Below are positions 29,007 to 39,101 of a stretch of 64,000 nt of DNA, one piece after another. The notes below the pieces were generated by a model, which was given only the letters and a program-made list of their open reading frames with translations, ran no database searches and was not told where the DNA came from. A program made the translations under genes and the position numbers. Numbering within the stretch: position 1 is the first letter of the stretch; every line of letters begins with the position of its first letter. Origin of the DNA: Spirochaetia bacterium (lineage in GTDB: Bacteria; Spirochaetota; Spirochaetia; DSM-16054; Sediminispirochaetaceae); assembly GCA_034520965.1 (NCBI GenBank), contig JAXHMY010000001.1, positions 1,050,233 to 1,114,232 of the forward strand, in the 5' to 3' direction.

Positions 29007-29140
29007 CACGGCAAAGCAGATTGCACCACCACCCCTCCCTGCTATAACTTGGTCGGGTCCACCCCGCAGCACTGTTTTATACCGGTGTGTCCATAGGACT
29101 ATATAGCTTTCTGATAGTAGCACTATGCTATTTAATAAGT

Positions 29141-29175
29141 AAAAAAATACCCGCCCAGCTGCGCGCCAAGCGGGT
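29141..29175 (-). terminator. Intrinsic terminator of the glycan/OMP operon
   Basis: Minus-strand stem ACCCGCTTGGC/GCTGGGCGGGT followed by ATTTTTTT. Confidence 0.75.
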
Positions 29176-29225
29176 CGTGTGAATATAGTTAAAGTCAGGC
29201 CACGATGGGCCCGACTAATTGTGAC

Positions 29226-30737
29226 TTAGTAGTGGTGCCCGAGGCCGATGTAGAGTTCGAGCCTGGAACTACCGTCCCGGGAGGCCTCATCAAGCAGGCC
29301 GCCCCCTTCCAGCATGGCCTGCATATCAACACCGAGGGATACTCGTAGATACACGCTCCGCGACCTTTTTAGATACGCAAAACCCTCGATCCCGGCTCCA
29401 TACCAAAGTGGATTCCAGTCTTCATCCTCCCCCCTGTAGAGAAAATAGCCGGCATCAAAGAAGGGCGAGATCTGCGCTTCGAACCAGCGGCTCATGAACC
29501 ATATCCACATGGGAAAGGGAACGTCCACATTCAGGGTTGCCCCCGCTTCTACATCATCGATGCGATGGTCCAGAACCCCGCGAATAGGACCTCCCACATT
29601 ACTGTTGGTATGATCGATTAAATAGAAACCTTTCAAGCGGCTGCTCAAGCCCATCCACTTGCCGGCCAGATGGCCCTGCAGCTCACTATTAATGCTAAAA
29701 TCCCAATCATCTTCGTAGAAATTATAGGCATTCGAGTTAGAAATTGAGAATTTGTAGCCCCGGCGGTAGTTGCGTATCCAGTCGACCCGGCCGAAACTCA
29801 GCCCGTGTTTGAAGGTACTGTCCGGTCCGCGCCGGCCGGCACTCACCAGTTCATTCAGCTTGTACGCTATGGAGGAAGATATCGAGGGGCTGTATTTCAT
29901 CTCATGACCGTCAATAGAGATTCCGGTGGGAATACTGCCGCCGAAACTCAATCCGCTTTTGAGGTAGTAGCCGTCTGCATCATCAGCGCCGTCATCATTC
30001 AAGTAAAAGTCCTGGTTGTATTTAAGCTTCCAGCGGATATCCCAGAAGGGCAGGTACACGCTCAGATCAGTGCCGAGATTAAGATCTAAGGGTTCATCCG
30101 GGGTGTACACCACATCTTCGGATACATCGAAAACCCAATCATGGCCCCACTTTCTGAAGGGCATGCTGAAGTGAGAGTTCAAACTTAGCTCATGCTCACG
30201 ATCTTCGGTGTACCAATAGTCAAGATTGGCCGCTAAGGGCTGCATCGAGCCGAGAAAGTTGTAGTGCCGCCCGCGCAGGCTCAACAACAGTCCGTCGTTG
30301 GAGTCGTATTTGAAATAGGGCAGCACCACCATGTTCATGGTATCCTGCACATACACATCCAGCACCACCGCATCGGGCTCTCCGCTACGGGGCTTGATTT
30401 CGTACTCGATCCGCCCGCTGTGAAATATCCTCTGGTTCAGAATTTCCTGCTCTTTTTCCTGCAGATACAATTCGAGCTCCACTCGGTTTGCGAAAATGCG
30501 CTTTTCATCGAATTCAAGGTAGTTGTCCAGAATGTACTTCTGTGTTACCCCGTCGATGTGGTATTCCCGCTCGGAGGAAATTCGGTAGCCTTCGCCCTCC
30601 ATCACCAGATCCAGCTCTTGGGGCGCTTCAGCAACTTCTTCAGCAGCTCCGTTCTCCGCAAATGCAAGCACCGTCAACAAAACCCCGCACACTACCGCCA
30701 AGGATGCTATCCGTCTCAGTTTTGTAGAAAAAATCAT
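29226..30737 (-). CDS. Omp85/TamA-like outer-membrane protein (single POTRA-like domain + barrel)
   Basis: Signal peptide; QEILNQRIF..VVLDVYVQD, PYFKYDSN.G, NFLG, IRG; C-terminal LYIGLGHHY. Confidence 0.7.
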   Translation of the reverse strand: MIFSTKLRRIASLAVVCGVLLTVLAFAENGAAEEVAEAPQELDLVMEGEGYRISSEREYHIDGVTQKYILDNYLEFDEKRIFANRVELELYLQEKEQEILNQRIFHSGRIEYEIKPRSGEPDAVVLDVYVQDTMNMVVLPYFKYDSNDGLLLSLRGRHYNFLGSMQPLAANLDYWYTEDREHELSLNSHFSMPFRKWGHDWVFDVSEDVVYTPDEPLDLNLGTDLSVYLPFWDIRWKLKYNQDFYLNDDGADDADGYYLKSGLSFGGSIPTGISIDGHEMKYSPSISSSIAYKLNELVSAGRRGPDSTFKHGLSFGRVDWIRNYRRGYKFSISNSNAYNFYEDDWDFSINSELQGHLAGKWMGLSSRLKGFYLIDHTNSNVGGPIRGVLDHRIDDVEAGATLNVDVPFPMWIWFMSRWFEAQISPFFDAGYFLYRGEDEDWNPLWYGAGIEGFAYLKRSRSVYLRVSLGVDMQAMLEGGGLLDEASRDGSSRLELYIGLGHHY

Positions 30738-30746
30738 GTATACTCC

Positions 30747-32276
30747 TTAGAAATCCCAGGTATAGGTGCCGCCGATGCGCAGCTCGGCGATCGGCTCGTT
30801 TTTGCCGGCTTGGGGATAAAAAATGTATGCCTCATTCTCAACCGGCTGGTCGAGGGTCATGGCGTTAAAGCGGCCGCCCAGAATAAGGTCTATATTAAAA
30901 TTAAAGCCGCCCAGGGGTTTGGAAAAACGAGTTGTATTTACTACCACCTGTTCAATAGTGCCGTCCAGTAACAGCACATTCATATCCGACACTGAGGTAT
31001 TGTGGCCCTCGTGCCAGGGGTTATTCGGGGCCTTGGAACCGTTTAGAATCCATTCCAGACTGGAGTAGAGACTGAAGGGTCCGATCAGGGACTTTGTAAA
31101 GCTGTTTTCATAATCTACCATAAAGGCAATATTATTCTCGCCATACTTATAGCCAATATAATTTTCGGTGTAATGCAGGGGCATGGAATCCCCATTTTCA
31201 AGTTTATACACACTTACAGGATAGTAGGTGTATTCATAGGGATAGTAGTTGTAATGAATATCCACTGCGTCTCCAGGTACAGCATCATCATAACTCTCCT
31301 CGGCATAGGTGGCCTGGAAGGTGTATTTGGTAGCGCCGGCATGGTAGGCACCTACTGTTCCGAAGGGAAAGTCTTTCCGTCCGCCAATTGACCAGGCCAT
31401 TTTTGTCAGGTTCTGCTGGTTTTCAACCGTGGGCAGAAAATTACCGTTCAGATCATCGATCATAATCTGGGCCGATCCGTAGTCCCCTTCCCGAGTTCGT
31501 TCAGCAAAGAAACCCATCTGGCTTTTTACATTACCGTATTCTCCCCAGGGACGGCCTTCATTGGAATTGATAATCTGTATGAGATACATAGGAATGGGGT
31601 TAAGGAAGTATTCGGGGTCGAACTCTTGGTCAAGATACACCACTGAATCCTGAAAGCCGAACCGCCAGTCGCCCACATTCACCCCGTAGACCTTGTAATT
31701 CATGCCCCGGTCTTCCCAATGTACTTCGTCTTGATACCCAGTATAATATTGGTTGCTGTCGCTGTTCAGGCTCACCCAGCGGGTCCGGTAGAAAAACATG
31801 TTGCCTTCATAGCTCACATCCGCCTGCATTTTGGGTATGTCTTCCGAATTGATATAGATGCTGTAGGGATTGTCAACAGCATCGCTTTGATTAGAACGAC
31901 CGAGACGAATATTGAAGGGGCCCAGCTTTAGGTCGGTATAGCCGGCTTCCATCAAGAAGTAGCGGCCAAACAGGTACTGCTGCTCATCCCCGCCGTCATA
32001 GCGGTCGTCGTTGTTCATGGTTCCTTCAATTACCACATCGAACAGGTTGGTGTTGTACTCCGCCCGGATCATACTTGTCTCGTAGAGGCTCTTGGTCTGC
32101 CCTTGATTGGCAAGCATGTCGTAGTTGTACATGTAATTGGCAAAAGTTCCGACCGTAAGTCTCAAGTTTTCATCAAGATCAGTTTCCCCGGATTCAGTTT
32201 GCGCCCAGATTGTGCTTGTAAGCGAGACGAAGAAAAGGCTGATAAAAATTGCTGTGAATAATTGTTTTACCTTCAT
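30747..32276 (-). CDS. Outer-membrane protein, capsule assembly Wzi-like
   Basis: Signal peptide; FGFQDSVVY, EYFLNPIP, QIMIDD motifs; C-terminal YTWDF. Confidence 0.6.
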   Translation of the reverse strand: MKVKQLFTAIFISLFFVSLTSTIWAQTESGETDLDENLRLTVGTFANYMYNYDMLANQGQTKSLYETSMIRAEYNTNLFDVVIEGTMNNDDRYDGGDEQQYLFGRYFLMEAGYTDLKLGPFNIRLGRSNQSDAVDNPYSIYINSEDIPKMQADVSYEGNMFFYRTRWVSLNSDSNQYYTGYQDEVHWEDRGMNYKVYGVNVGDWRFGFQDSVVYLDQEFDPEYFLNPIPMYLIQIINSNEGRPWGEYGNVKSQMGFFAERTREGDYGSAQIMIDDLNGNFLPTVENQQNLTKMAWSIGGRKDFPFGTVGAYHAGATKYTFQATYAEESYDDAVPGDAVDIHYNYYPYEYTYYPVSVYKLENGDSMPLHYTENYIGYKYGENNIAFMVDYENSFTKSLIGPFSLYSSLEWILNGSKAPNNPWHEGHNTSVSDMNVLLLDGTIEQVVVNTTRFSKPLGGFNFNIDLILGGRFNAMTLDQPVENEAYIFYPQAGKNEPIAELRIGGTYTWDF

Positions 32277-32302
32277 AATTATCCAATCCTTATTTTATAA
32301 AT

Positions 32303-33980
32303 CTATTTTTCCAGTATACCACGGTGCAGTAATTCCAACTTTCCGCCTAGAGTAAGTTCCATCCACCCTCCGCCATTTCGCAGGCTGTAAGCAGGTTCTA
32401 TATAGACACTGTACATGTGGGCAGCATTAAAATCATCGGCAAATTGCAGGTGCAAACCAAGCCTGCCCCACAATTCACGTTCAGCCTCAGATACGGTCTC
32501 AGAAGCTTCGTAGGAGGTTCTGACAAGGTCGGCAGCACTATTATGGGAAACCAGCTCGAAGTTCAGCCGGGTTAAAAACCCGGTATTCCCCCAGGCATAT
32601 TCCCCGGAGCCCTTCACCCAGCGGCTGCCCGGCCCATAGGGCGAGGTAAGCGGCAATAGAACCGTCTCCTCGTCGCGCAGGTAGCGATAGATAGCCCGGG
32701 ACAGGTAATTGCCTTTATCAGGATCGAATTCATGGAAGTTGCCCCATAAATAGTGGGTCACCCCCCCTTCGAGAATGAGCCTGAGTACATCCCTGGAAAG
32801 CATCTTTTCATAATTACCTCCGAAAATGTAGGCATAAATGGTCGGAATATCCGTATCACCTACCCCGGAGATATCCGCTGCATTAATATCATCGTACCCT
32901 GCCTGGCCGAATAGCACAAGACCGGGCAGGAGGGCATACTCCATCTCTGCAACCAACGACATATTGTGCACACCACGTCTGCGTTGTGCCAACTGAAGAC
33001 CGGAAAAATATCGCCTATATGCAGGGCATTGTTCTCTCGGCATATCAGGTTATGCGCCGTTATGCCTAATCGCAATTTAGGAAAGGCCCATTCAAAGCGG
33101 TGCATACTGTTGAGAATAATGGTTTTGCCGAAAGCCACTTGGTGCGAATCGCCATTACCCTTATATTCAATTATCCCATCATCTTCCGGCGTTTTAATAT
33201 TCGGTAAGCCCGCCATATCAGCAATCTCACTGCCCCCGGCCTGGTTATACAGCGTGCCGAAGTAGGAGGTCATTTTTAAGGGGCCGAACTGCCAGGTATA
33301 ATAGAAGGCATCCAGATAGGGCAGACGCTCAGACGGCAGAGCGGATGAAAACCCGGGGGCTCCAAAATGTACCGGAGTGCGTCCGAGCTGCAGCAGCAGG
33401 TCGCCGTAGCGTCCGGCAAAATACCCCTCGCTTATTAAGTAATTTTCCAGAGCCAGGGGATTGTCTTTTTCGCTGCGAAACAAGTTGTTATCCGGGTACT
33501 CAAGACTGTGCTGTGCCCTAAAATCCGCCGCAATATACACACCCAGTCCGCCGTCTTCTCCGGCACTCAGGGCCCACCTGCCCATCGGCGGAGCCTCTAT
33601 GTACATTCGCCGGTAGTCGTAATCAAAGTCCCATTCGGCATTTCCCCGAAAAAAATTCTCATAGTTCAGAGTCAGTTCTGAGACAACCTCTGCTGTCTCC
33701 GGGGTATAATTCAAGCGCTCGAAGTATTCATCGACTTTGGCGCGGATCTGAACCGACTCTCAGTTTCACGGTGCAGCTCCCGGGCATACTCATACAGCTC
33801 TTGAATATCCACAGGAAAGCTGCCGGTAGGAAAAGCCATACCGTTGAGGGTATACAACTGTTTCAGCCGGGAGACCTGCCAGGAGCTGCTGGAATAGGTT
33901 TCAAACCCGTACATAGCAGTTACTGAAAAAATACAGAACAGGGCTGTAAAGGCCGCCCTTTTCAATGCTTTTTTATTCAT
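32303..33980 (-). CDS. Second Wzi-like outer-membrane protein, two frameshifts (~33715, ~33000)
   Basis: Three abutting ORFs join as signal peptide...LQLGRTPVHFG...MHRFEW...HN MSLVAE..GQAGYDD..YGPGS. Confidence 0.65.
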
Positions 33981-35269
33981 TTCTCAAGATTTCCTATTTT
34001 TTTCTTCGATGCAAGCAGCACTTTGCTTGCCCCTATACCAAAGGCAAGAGCAATATAAGGTTCGAGGGGCACCCGAAAACGGGCATAAGACTCCCACCCT
34101 GCAGACACTGCGATAATAAGAAAAGTTAACACTGCAACCGGCAGGAGCTGTGGGCGACGATACACTCCGTAAAAAGCAAATACCCAAACCGCCAGCATTA
34201 AAGAGCTGTAGAGCATAGAAGCATACGGGGCCGCTTTTTCCCCGATAAAATAGGAAATATACGTCTCATGATCGCCGAACATCAGCCGCATGGCACCCCA
34301 GAACGCAACCTTTATATAGGTTATGGGATTGCTTTTAATTATTTCGACGGCTTCAACCTTGAGCTCCTTCCCCCGCTGCAGCCCTTCCGCACTGTAGTCC
34401 CGTTTTCGCTCTAGATTGTATCTGTCTAGATACTCTTCGACTATCTCATCTACTTCCGAATTGCTTTGTACCGCCTCGACTGCAGCGGCCCTGTAGAACA
34501 GCAGATTGACATAGTCGATAGCCGAAATGCTCCAGTAGTTACTCACCAAGCCGTTTCTGACAATCCAGCCGCCGCTTATGGTCAGGAAGATTAAGAATGG
34601 AATGATGATTTTATAATGAGCTTTGGTTGTGTTCTTATTAACCACCTGCCACAGAAGGAACAAAATCAAAACGGCTATTAATGGATAAAAGGCCACAGGT
34701 CGGACCAGGGTTCCATATCCCCAAAACAGCCCGGCCATAATACCGTAAGCACCCCTTCGCTTGTCACTTGTTATTATTTTATATGTAAAATAGACCCCAA
34801 GAAACAGAAAGAAGGTAAACACAGTTTCGGTCATAAAAGAGGCTACCGAAAAAAAAGCGGTAGGATTCAAGGCATAATACGCACCGCCGAGTAGTGCAGC
34901 CGTATGTTCCCCAAGGGAATACAGCATTTTCACAATTAGATATGCAACTGTTCCATCAAGGGCAATCTGGAAGAAAAGTAGCCACCACTCCCAATTGCTT
35001 GAAGAGAGCGACTTAAAAAGGGCGATAATTAAGGGGTAGCCGGGAGTACGGCTTACCTCAGGATAATATTCTCCGCTTGGAAGTTGAGAAGTGTATCCCC
35101 GACCTTCACGCAGATTCTCCGCTACGCTGGTGTAGGACTTTGTATCTGTTTCAAAAAAACCCTCCATACCGAGGGTCTGGTAGCTGATAAATACCCACAG
35201 TACACGAACGATAAGTGCAGCGAGCAGAATGTAGTACGGCCATTTTTTCATTTTTTCACTCGACTGCAT
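33977..35269 (-). CDS. GT-C fold (ArnT/PMT-like) lipid-carrier-dependent glycosyltransferase
   Basis: Multi-TM; DTKSY, RTPGYP, MTETVF, LVRP, ARFRVP motifs. Confidence 0.85.
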   Translation of the reverse strand: MQSSEKMKKWPYYILLAALIVRVLWVFISYQTLGMEGFFETDTKSYTSVAENLREGRGYTSQLPSGEYYPEVSRTPGYPLIIALFKSLSSSNWEWWLLFFQIALDGTVAYLIVKMLYSLGEHTAALLGGAYYALNPTAFFSVASFMTETVFTFFLFLGVYFTYKIITSDKRRGAYGIMAGLFWGYGTLVRPVAFYPLIAVLILFLLWQVVNKNTTKAHYKIIIPFLIFLTISGGWIVRNGLVSNYWSISAIDYVNLLFYRAAAVEAVQSNSEVDEIVEEYLDRYNLERKRDYSAEGLQRGKELKVEAVEIIKSNPITYIKVAFWGAMRLMFGDHETYISYFIGEKAAPYASMLYSSLMLAVWVFAFYGVYRRPQLLPVAVLTFLIIAVSAGWESYARFRVPLEPYIALAFGIGASKVLLASKKKIGNLEK

Positions 35270-35273
35270 TGCC

Positions 35274-35663
35274 CTATGCCTTGAATATAAACAGTTTTCT
35301 GGAGCTAAAGTTCCAAATCAATACAATTCCGGTGGCAATTACTTTCGCGGCCATTGCATGGATATCCAAAAGACCATGCATAGTCCACATAAACAGCATA
35401 TTCAAAACCAGCCCTACCCCGCTTACCAGGTACACCAGAAAGGCTTCCAGCCGCACCGAATGCCGCCCCCGTTGAAACACAAACAGGATGCTCAGAATAT
35501 AGTTGGCCCCGGTAGCAAGAGTAAACGCAACGACCACGGCCAACAGATAATGAAACTGCAGCTGGTAATTACACAAATAAAAACTGCCCCATTCTATGAG
35601 CGCTGCCGTACCTCCAACCCCTATATAACGAATAAACTGCCGGGTAAGTGCCTTTAGATTCAT
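35274..35663 (-). CDS. gtrA: GtrA family flippase
   Basis: [10 protein letters not shown], 4 TMs, AKVIA..WNF. Confidence 0.9.
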   Translation of the reverse strand: MNLKALTRQFIRYIGVGGTAALIEWGSFYLCNYQLQFHYLLAVVVAFTLATGANYILSILFVFQRGRHSVRLEAFLVYLVSGVGLVLNMLFMWTMHGLLDIHAMAAKVIATGIVLIWNFSSRKLFIFKA

Positions 35664-36373
35664 TTTTTTCCAAACAAATTATATTTTAAAATGCAGAAAA
35701 TAGCATGTACACCGTCTCTCCAACCTATTTTCTTCCCCTCTTCGTAGGTTCTCCCGTAATAAGAGATACCAACTTCATAGATAGAACAGTGGCGTTTTGC
35801 AATTTTGGCCGTAATCTCCGGCTCGAAGCCAAAGCGCTTTTCCTTAATATCTATGGACTGAATAATATCCCGCTTAAACGCTTTGTAACAGGTTTCCATG
35901 TCGGTTAGGTTTATATTGGTACACATATTTGAAAGAGTCGTAAGGAATGAATTACCAAGCCGATGCCAGTAATATACAACCCGATGAGCGTGTCCGCCCA
36001 TAAACCGCGATCCATACACCACATCCGCCTTCTCCTGTAAAAATGGCTGCAGGATGAGGGGGTACTCATTCGGATCGTACTCCAGGTCGGCATCTTGAAT
36101 TATTACAATATCTCCGGTGGCTGCCTGAATCCCGGTTTTTAAGGCCGCCCCTTTTCCTTTGTTTTTCTCGTGGTACAAGACCTGCTGCACCTTTGGTCGG
36201 ATTTCCTGCTCAAGGAGTTCGCGGGTTCCATCATTGGAAAAGTCGTCGATGACTATGATCTCTTTATGAGGAACCGGGGCTGCGTTCACCGCATCAATAA
36301 TGGTATGCAGAGTTTCTTTTTCATTATAACAGGGAATAATTATGGACAGCTTAATGTCTTCTATGGATTTCAT
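35660..36373 (-). CDS. GT2 polyprenol-phosphate glycosyltransferase (GtrB/Dpm1-like)
   Basis: [49 protein letters not shown]. Confidence 0.93.
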   Translation of the reverse strand: MKSIEDIKLSIIIPCYNEKETLHTIIDAVNAAPVPHKEIIVIDDFSNDGTRELLEQEIRPKVQQVLYHEKNKGKGAALKTGIQAATGDIVIIQDADLEYDPNEYPLILQPFLQEKADVVYGSRFMGGHAHRVVYYWHRLGNSFLTTLSNMCTNINLTDMETCYKAFKRDIIQSIDIKEKRFGFEPEITAKIAKRHCSIYEVGISYYGRTYEEGKKIGWRDGVHAIFCILKYNLFGKK

Positions 36374-37326
36374 TATCCTTCCTCACTCAATAGGTCTTCA
36401 AAATAAGATATTGTTTTGATAAGCCCTTCTTTCAAAGATACGGTGGGGCTCCAATCCAGTTTTTCTCTTGCAAGACCAATATCCGGTTTTCGTCTCTGGG
36501 GATCATCCTGGGGCAGCTCTTTATGAATCAGGGACGACGAGCTGCCGGTTAAATTAATAATGGTCTCCGCCAATTCCAGTATCGTATTTTCCTGCGGGTT
36601 ACCCAGGTTTACCGGACCGGTAAACCCTTTAGGAGAGGCCATCATCTTGATCATCCCGTCTACCAGATCATCCACGTAACAGAAAGAGCGGGTATGGTTT
36701 CCTTCTCCAAAAATAGTGATATCCTCGTTACGCAGCGCCTGGACGATGAAATTACTCACCACCCGCCCGTCGTGGGGATGCATATGAGGTCCATAGGTGT
36801 TGAAGATACGAACCACCTTTATATCAACATTGTCCTCGCGGTGGTAGTCGAAGAAAACCGTTTCCGCACAGCGTTTGCCTTCATCATAACAGGCCCGCGG
36901 CCCGATGGTATTTACCGCGCCACGGTAAGATTCCACCTGCGGATGAACTTCCGGATCGCCATACACTTCACTGGTAGAGGCTTGTAGGACCCTGGCCTTG
37001 ATTTGATCGGCCAGCCCCAGCACGTTGATTGCTCCCATAACGTTTGTTTTTACCGTCTTTACGGGGTTAAACTGGTAATGGATCGGGGAGGCTGGGCAAG
37101 CGAGATTATATATCTCATCAGCCTCCAGAAGAATCGGTTCAATGATATCGTGCCGTATCAGTTCAAAGTTTTTGTAGTCGAGCAAATGCTCTATATTGCG
37201 ACGGGAGCCTGTAAAAAAGTTATCCAGGCAGATCACATCTACACCCTGCTTCACAAGTTTTTCCGACAAATGTGAGCCGATAAAACCAGCACCGCCGGTT
37301 ATTAACACTTGTGTACGTAAATCCAT
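36373..37326 (-). CDS. uxs: UDP-glucuronate decarboxylase (UDP-xylose synthase)
   Basis: [54 protein letters not shown]. Confidence 0.92.
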   Translation of the reverse strand: MDLRTQVLITGGAGFIGSHLSEKLVKQGVDVICLDNFFTGSRRNIEHLLDYKNFELIRHDIIEPILLEADEIYNLACPASPIHYQFNPVKTVKTNVMGAINVLGLADQIKARVLQASTSEVYGDPEVHPQVESYRGAVNTIGPRACYDEGKRCAETVFFDYHREDNVDIKVVRIFNTYGPHMHPHDGRVVSNFIVQALRNEDITIFGEGNHTRSFCYVDDLVDGMIKMMASPKGFTGPVNLGNPQENTILELAETIINLTGSSSSLIHKELPQDDPQRRKPDIGLAREKLDWSPTVSLKEGLIKTISYFEDLLSEEG

Positions 37327-37339
37327 TTTTATATCCTTG

Positions 37340-37990
37340 CTAATTCTTTTTTACAGCCCAGAAGGTTTCCTTCTTCGGTTTGAAGAAGTTCTTCAGGTGA
37401 ATCGCCACATGGCGGGGTTCATAAAGTTTAATATGAGAAACAGCAAACGTAAAAAACATTCTTTTGGCATGCATTCCGAAGGCATCCCGGAAATAGTTCA
37501 ATTCTATTTTCTCAAACCCAAAATGAGTGTCCTCATGCAGGTCTCCGAACCCATAGAAATCGGCCGAATACTTCTCTTCGATAAACGCATCCAGTGGATT
37601 ATCCTTTTTGTTCAGCCGCGCGCCCAGCTCAAGCCGTTCCATAATTTCAAAGGGAAACACAATGTGCATTTTACTGCCGCCGAGATTGTATTTCTCTTCA
37701 ATAGCGGCCAGAACCGTTTTAGAAAAGGCGAGCCTCTTGTTCATCTTTTCCAGTTCGAGATACGAGAGGTTGAGCAGCTCAAACAGGTTATAATCGCGGC
37801 GTACCGCATACTCGAGTATAGGATAAAAATCCTCCGGCTGCACTCTATACATCTCCTGCTCTTTCACCGGCAGTTCCCGTAATAGATTCTTTAACTCTGC
37901 ATCAGCGGGTGCATCAAGTGCTTCAGAAAATGAGGACATCAGAGTGCCGAGCAGAAACACAAACAATAGAAGAATTCTAAACCGCTTCAT
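37340..37990 (-). CDS. Exported hypothetical protein within the sugar operon
   Basis: [15 protein letters not shown] signal peptide; GGAGAG RBS. Confidence 0.7.
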   Translation of the reverse strand: MKRFRILLLFVFLLGTLMSSFSEALDAPADAELKNLLRELPVKEQEMYRVQPEDFYPILEYAVRRDYNLFELLNLSYLELEKMNKRLAFSKTVLAAIEEKYNLGGSKMHIVFPFEIMERLELGARLNKKDNPLDAFIEEKYSADFYGFGDLHEDTHFGFEKIELNYFRDAFGMHAKRMFFTFAVSHIKLYEPRHVAIHLKNFFKPKKETFWAVKKN

Positions 37991-37995
37991 ATTAA

Positions 37996-39057
37996 TCACT
38001 CTCCATCGATGTTGTGAGAACTCCGGTACCACTGCACAAAGCGGGCTATACCGGTTTTCACCTGAGTAGAGGGCTGATAGCCGGTGTCCCGCTCCAGATC
38101 GCTGCAGTCGGCCCAGGTAGCCGGTACATCGCCCGGCTGCATCGGCAGATACTCGATTTCGGCCTCAAGGGACAACTGCCGCTGCAGCTCGGCAATAAAA
38201 TCCATCAGATCCACCGGCTGCCCGTTGCCGATATTGTAAATTTTAAAAGGGGCCGGAGAGCTTGCAGGGTCGGGGTTTTTCGGGGACCAATTAGGATTTC
38301 CCTTCGGGGGTCTATCGAGGGTGCGGACAATTCCTTCGACAATATCGTCGATATAGGTAAAATCGCGCCGCATTTTTCCGTTATTGAAAACCTTAATCGG
38401 CCGGCCCTTAATAATTGCGTCGGTAAACAGGAACAGCGCCATATCAGGCCGACCCCACGGACCGTACACTGTGAAAAAACGCAGCCCCGTTGCGGGCAGA
38501 TTATACAGATGACTGTAGGTATGGGCCATCAGCTCATTGCTCTTCTTGGATGCCGCGTACAGACTAATCGGATGGTCGACATTGTCGGAGGTGGAAAAGG
38601 GCATTTTTTCATTGATGCCGTACACGCTGCTTGAAGAGGCGAATACCAGGTGATCCACCTTGTTCTCGCGGCAGCCCTCAAGCACATTGATAAAACCGAC
38701 TATGTTGCTATCAATATAAGCATAAGGGTTTTCCAGGCTGTAGCGCACCCCCGCCTGGGCTGCCAGATTTACCACCGCATCAAACTGCAGTTCCCGCATC
38801 AGCCCATGCAAACCGTCACGGTCCTCAAGCTGCAGCTGCACAAAGGTAAACTTTGGATATTCCGTGCTGGAAACCATAATTCCTTCGCACAGCTTCATTT
38901 CATCGATCCCTAAACCTGCGAGCCTACCGTACTTTATTTTTACATCGTAATAGGAGTTTAACGAATCCAGCCCAACGACCTCATCGCCGCGCTCGAGCAG
39001 ATATTTTGAAACGTGAAATCCAATAAAACCGGCCGCGCCGGTTACCAACACACGCAT
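37996..39057 (-). CDS. UDP-glucuronate 4-epimerase
   Basis: TGAAGFIG, LAAQAGVRYSLENP, YAASKK, RFFTVYGPWGRPDMA, MQPGDV. Confidence 0.93.
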   Translation of the reverse strand: MRVLVTGAAGFIGFHVSKYLLERGDEVVGLDSLNSYYDVKIKYGRLAGLGIDEMKLCEGIMVSSTEYPKFTFVQLQLEDRDGLHGLMRELQFDAVVNLAAQAGVRYSLENPYAYIDSNIVGFINVLEGCRENKVDHLVFASSSSVYGINEKMPFSTSDNVDHPISLYAASKKSNELMAHTYSHLYNLPATGLRFFTVYGPWGRPDMALFLFTDAIIKGRPIKVFNNGKMRRDFTYIDDIVEGIVRTLDRPPKGNPNWSPKNPDPASSPAPFKIYNIGNGQPVDLMDFIAELQRQLSLEAEIEYLPMQPGDVPATWADCSDLERDTGYQPSTQVKTGIARFVQWYRSSHNIDGE

Positions 39058-39101
39058 ATATAATCCTTTTCTCTCTCTATTTATATCGATATTATATCGA
39101 T

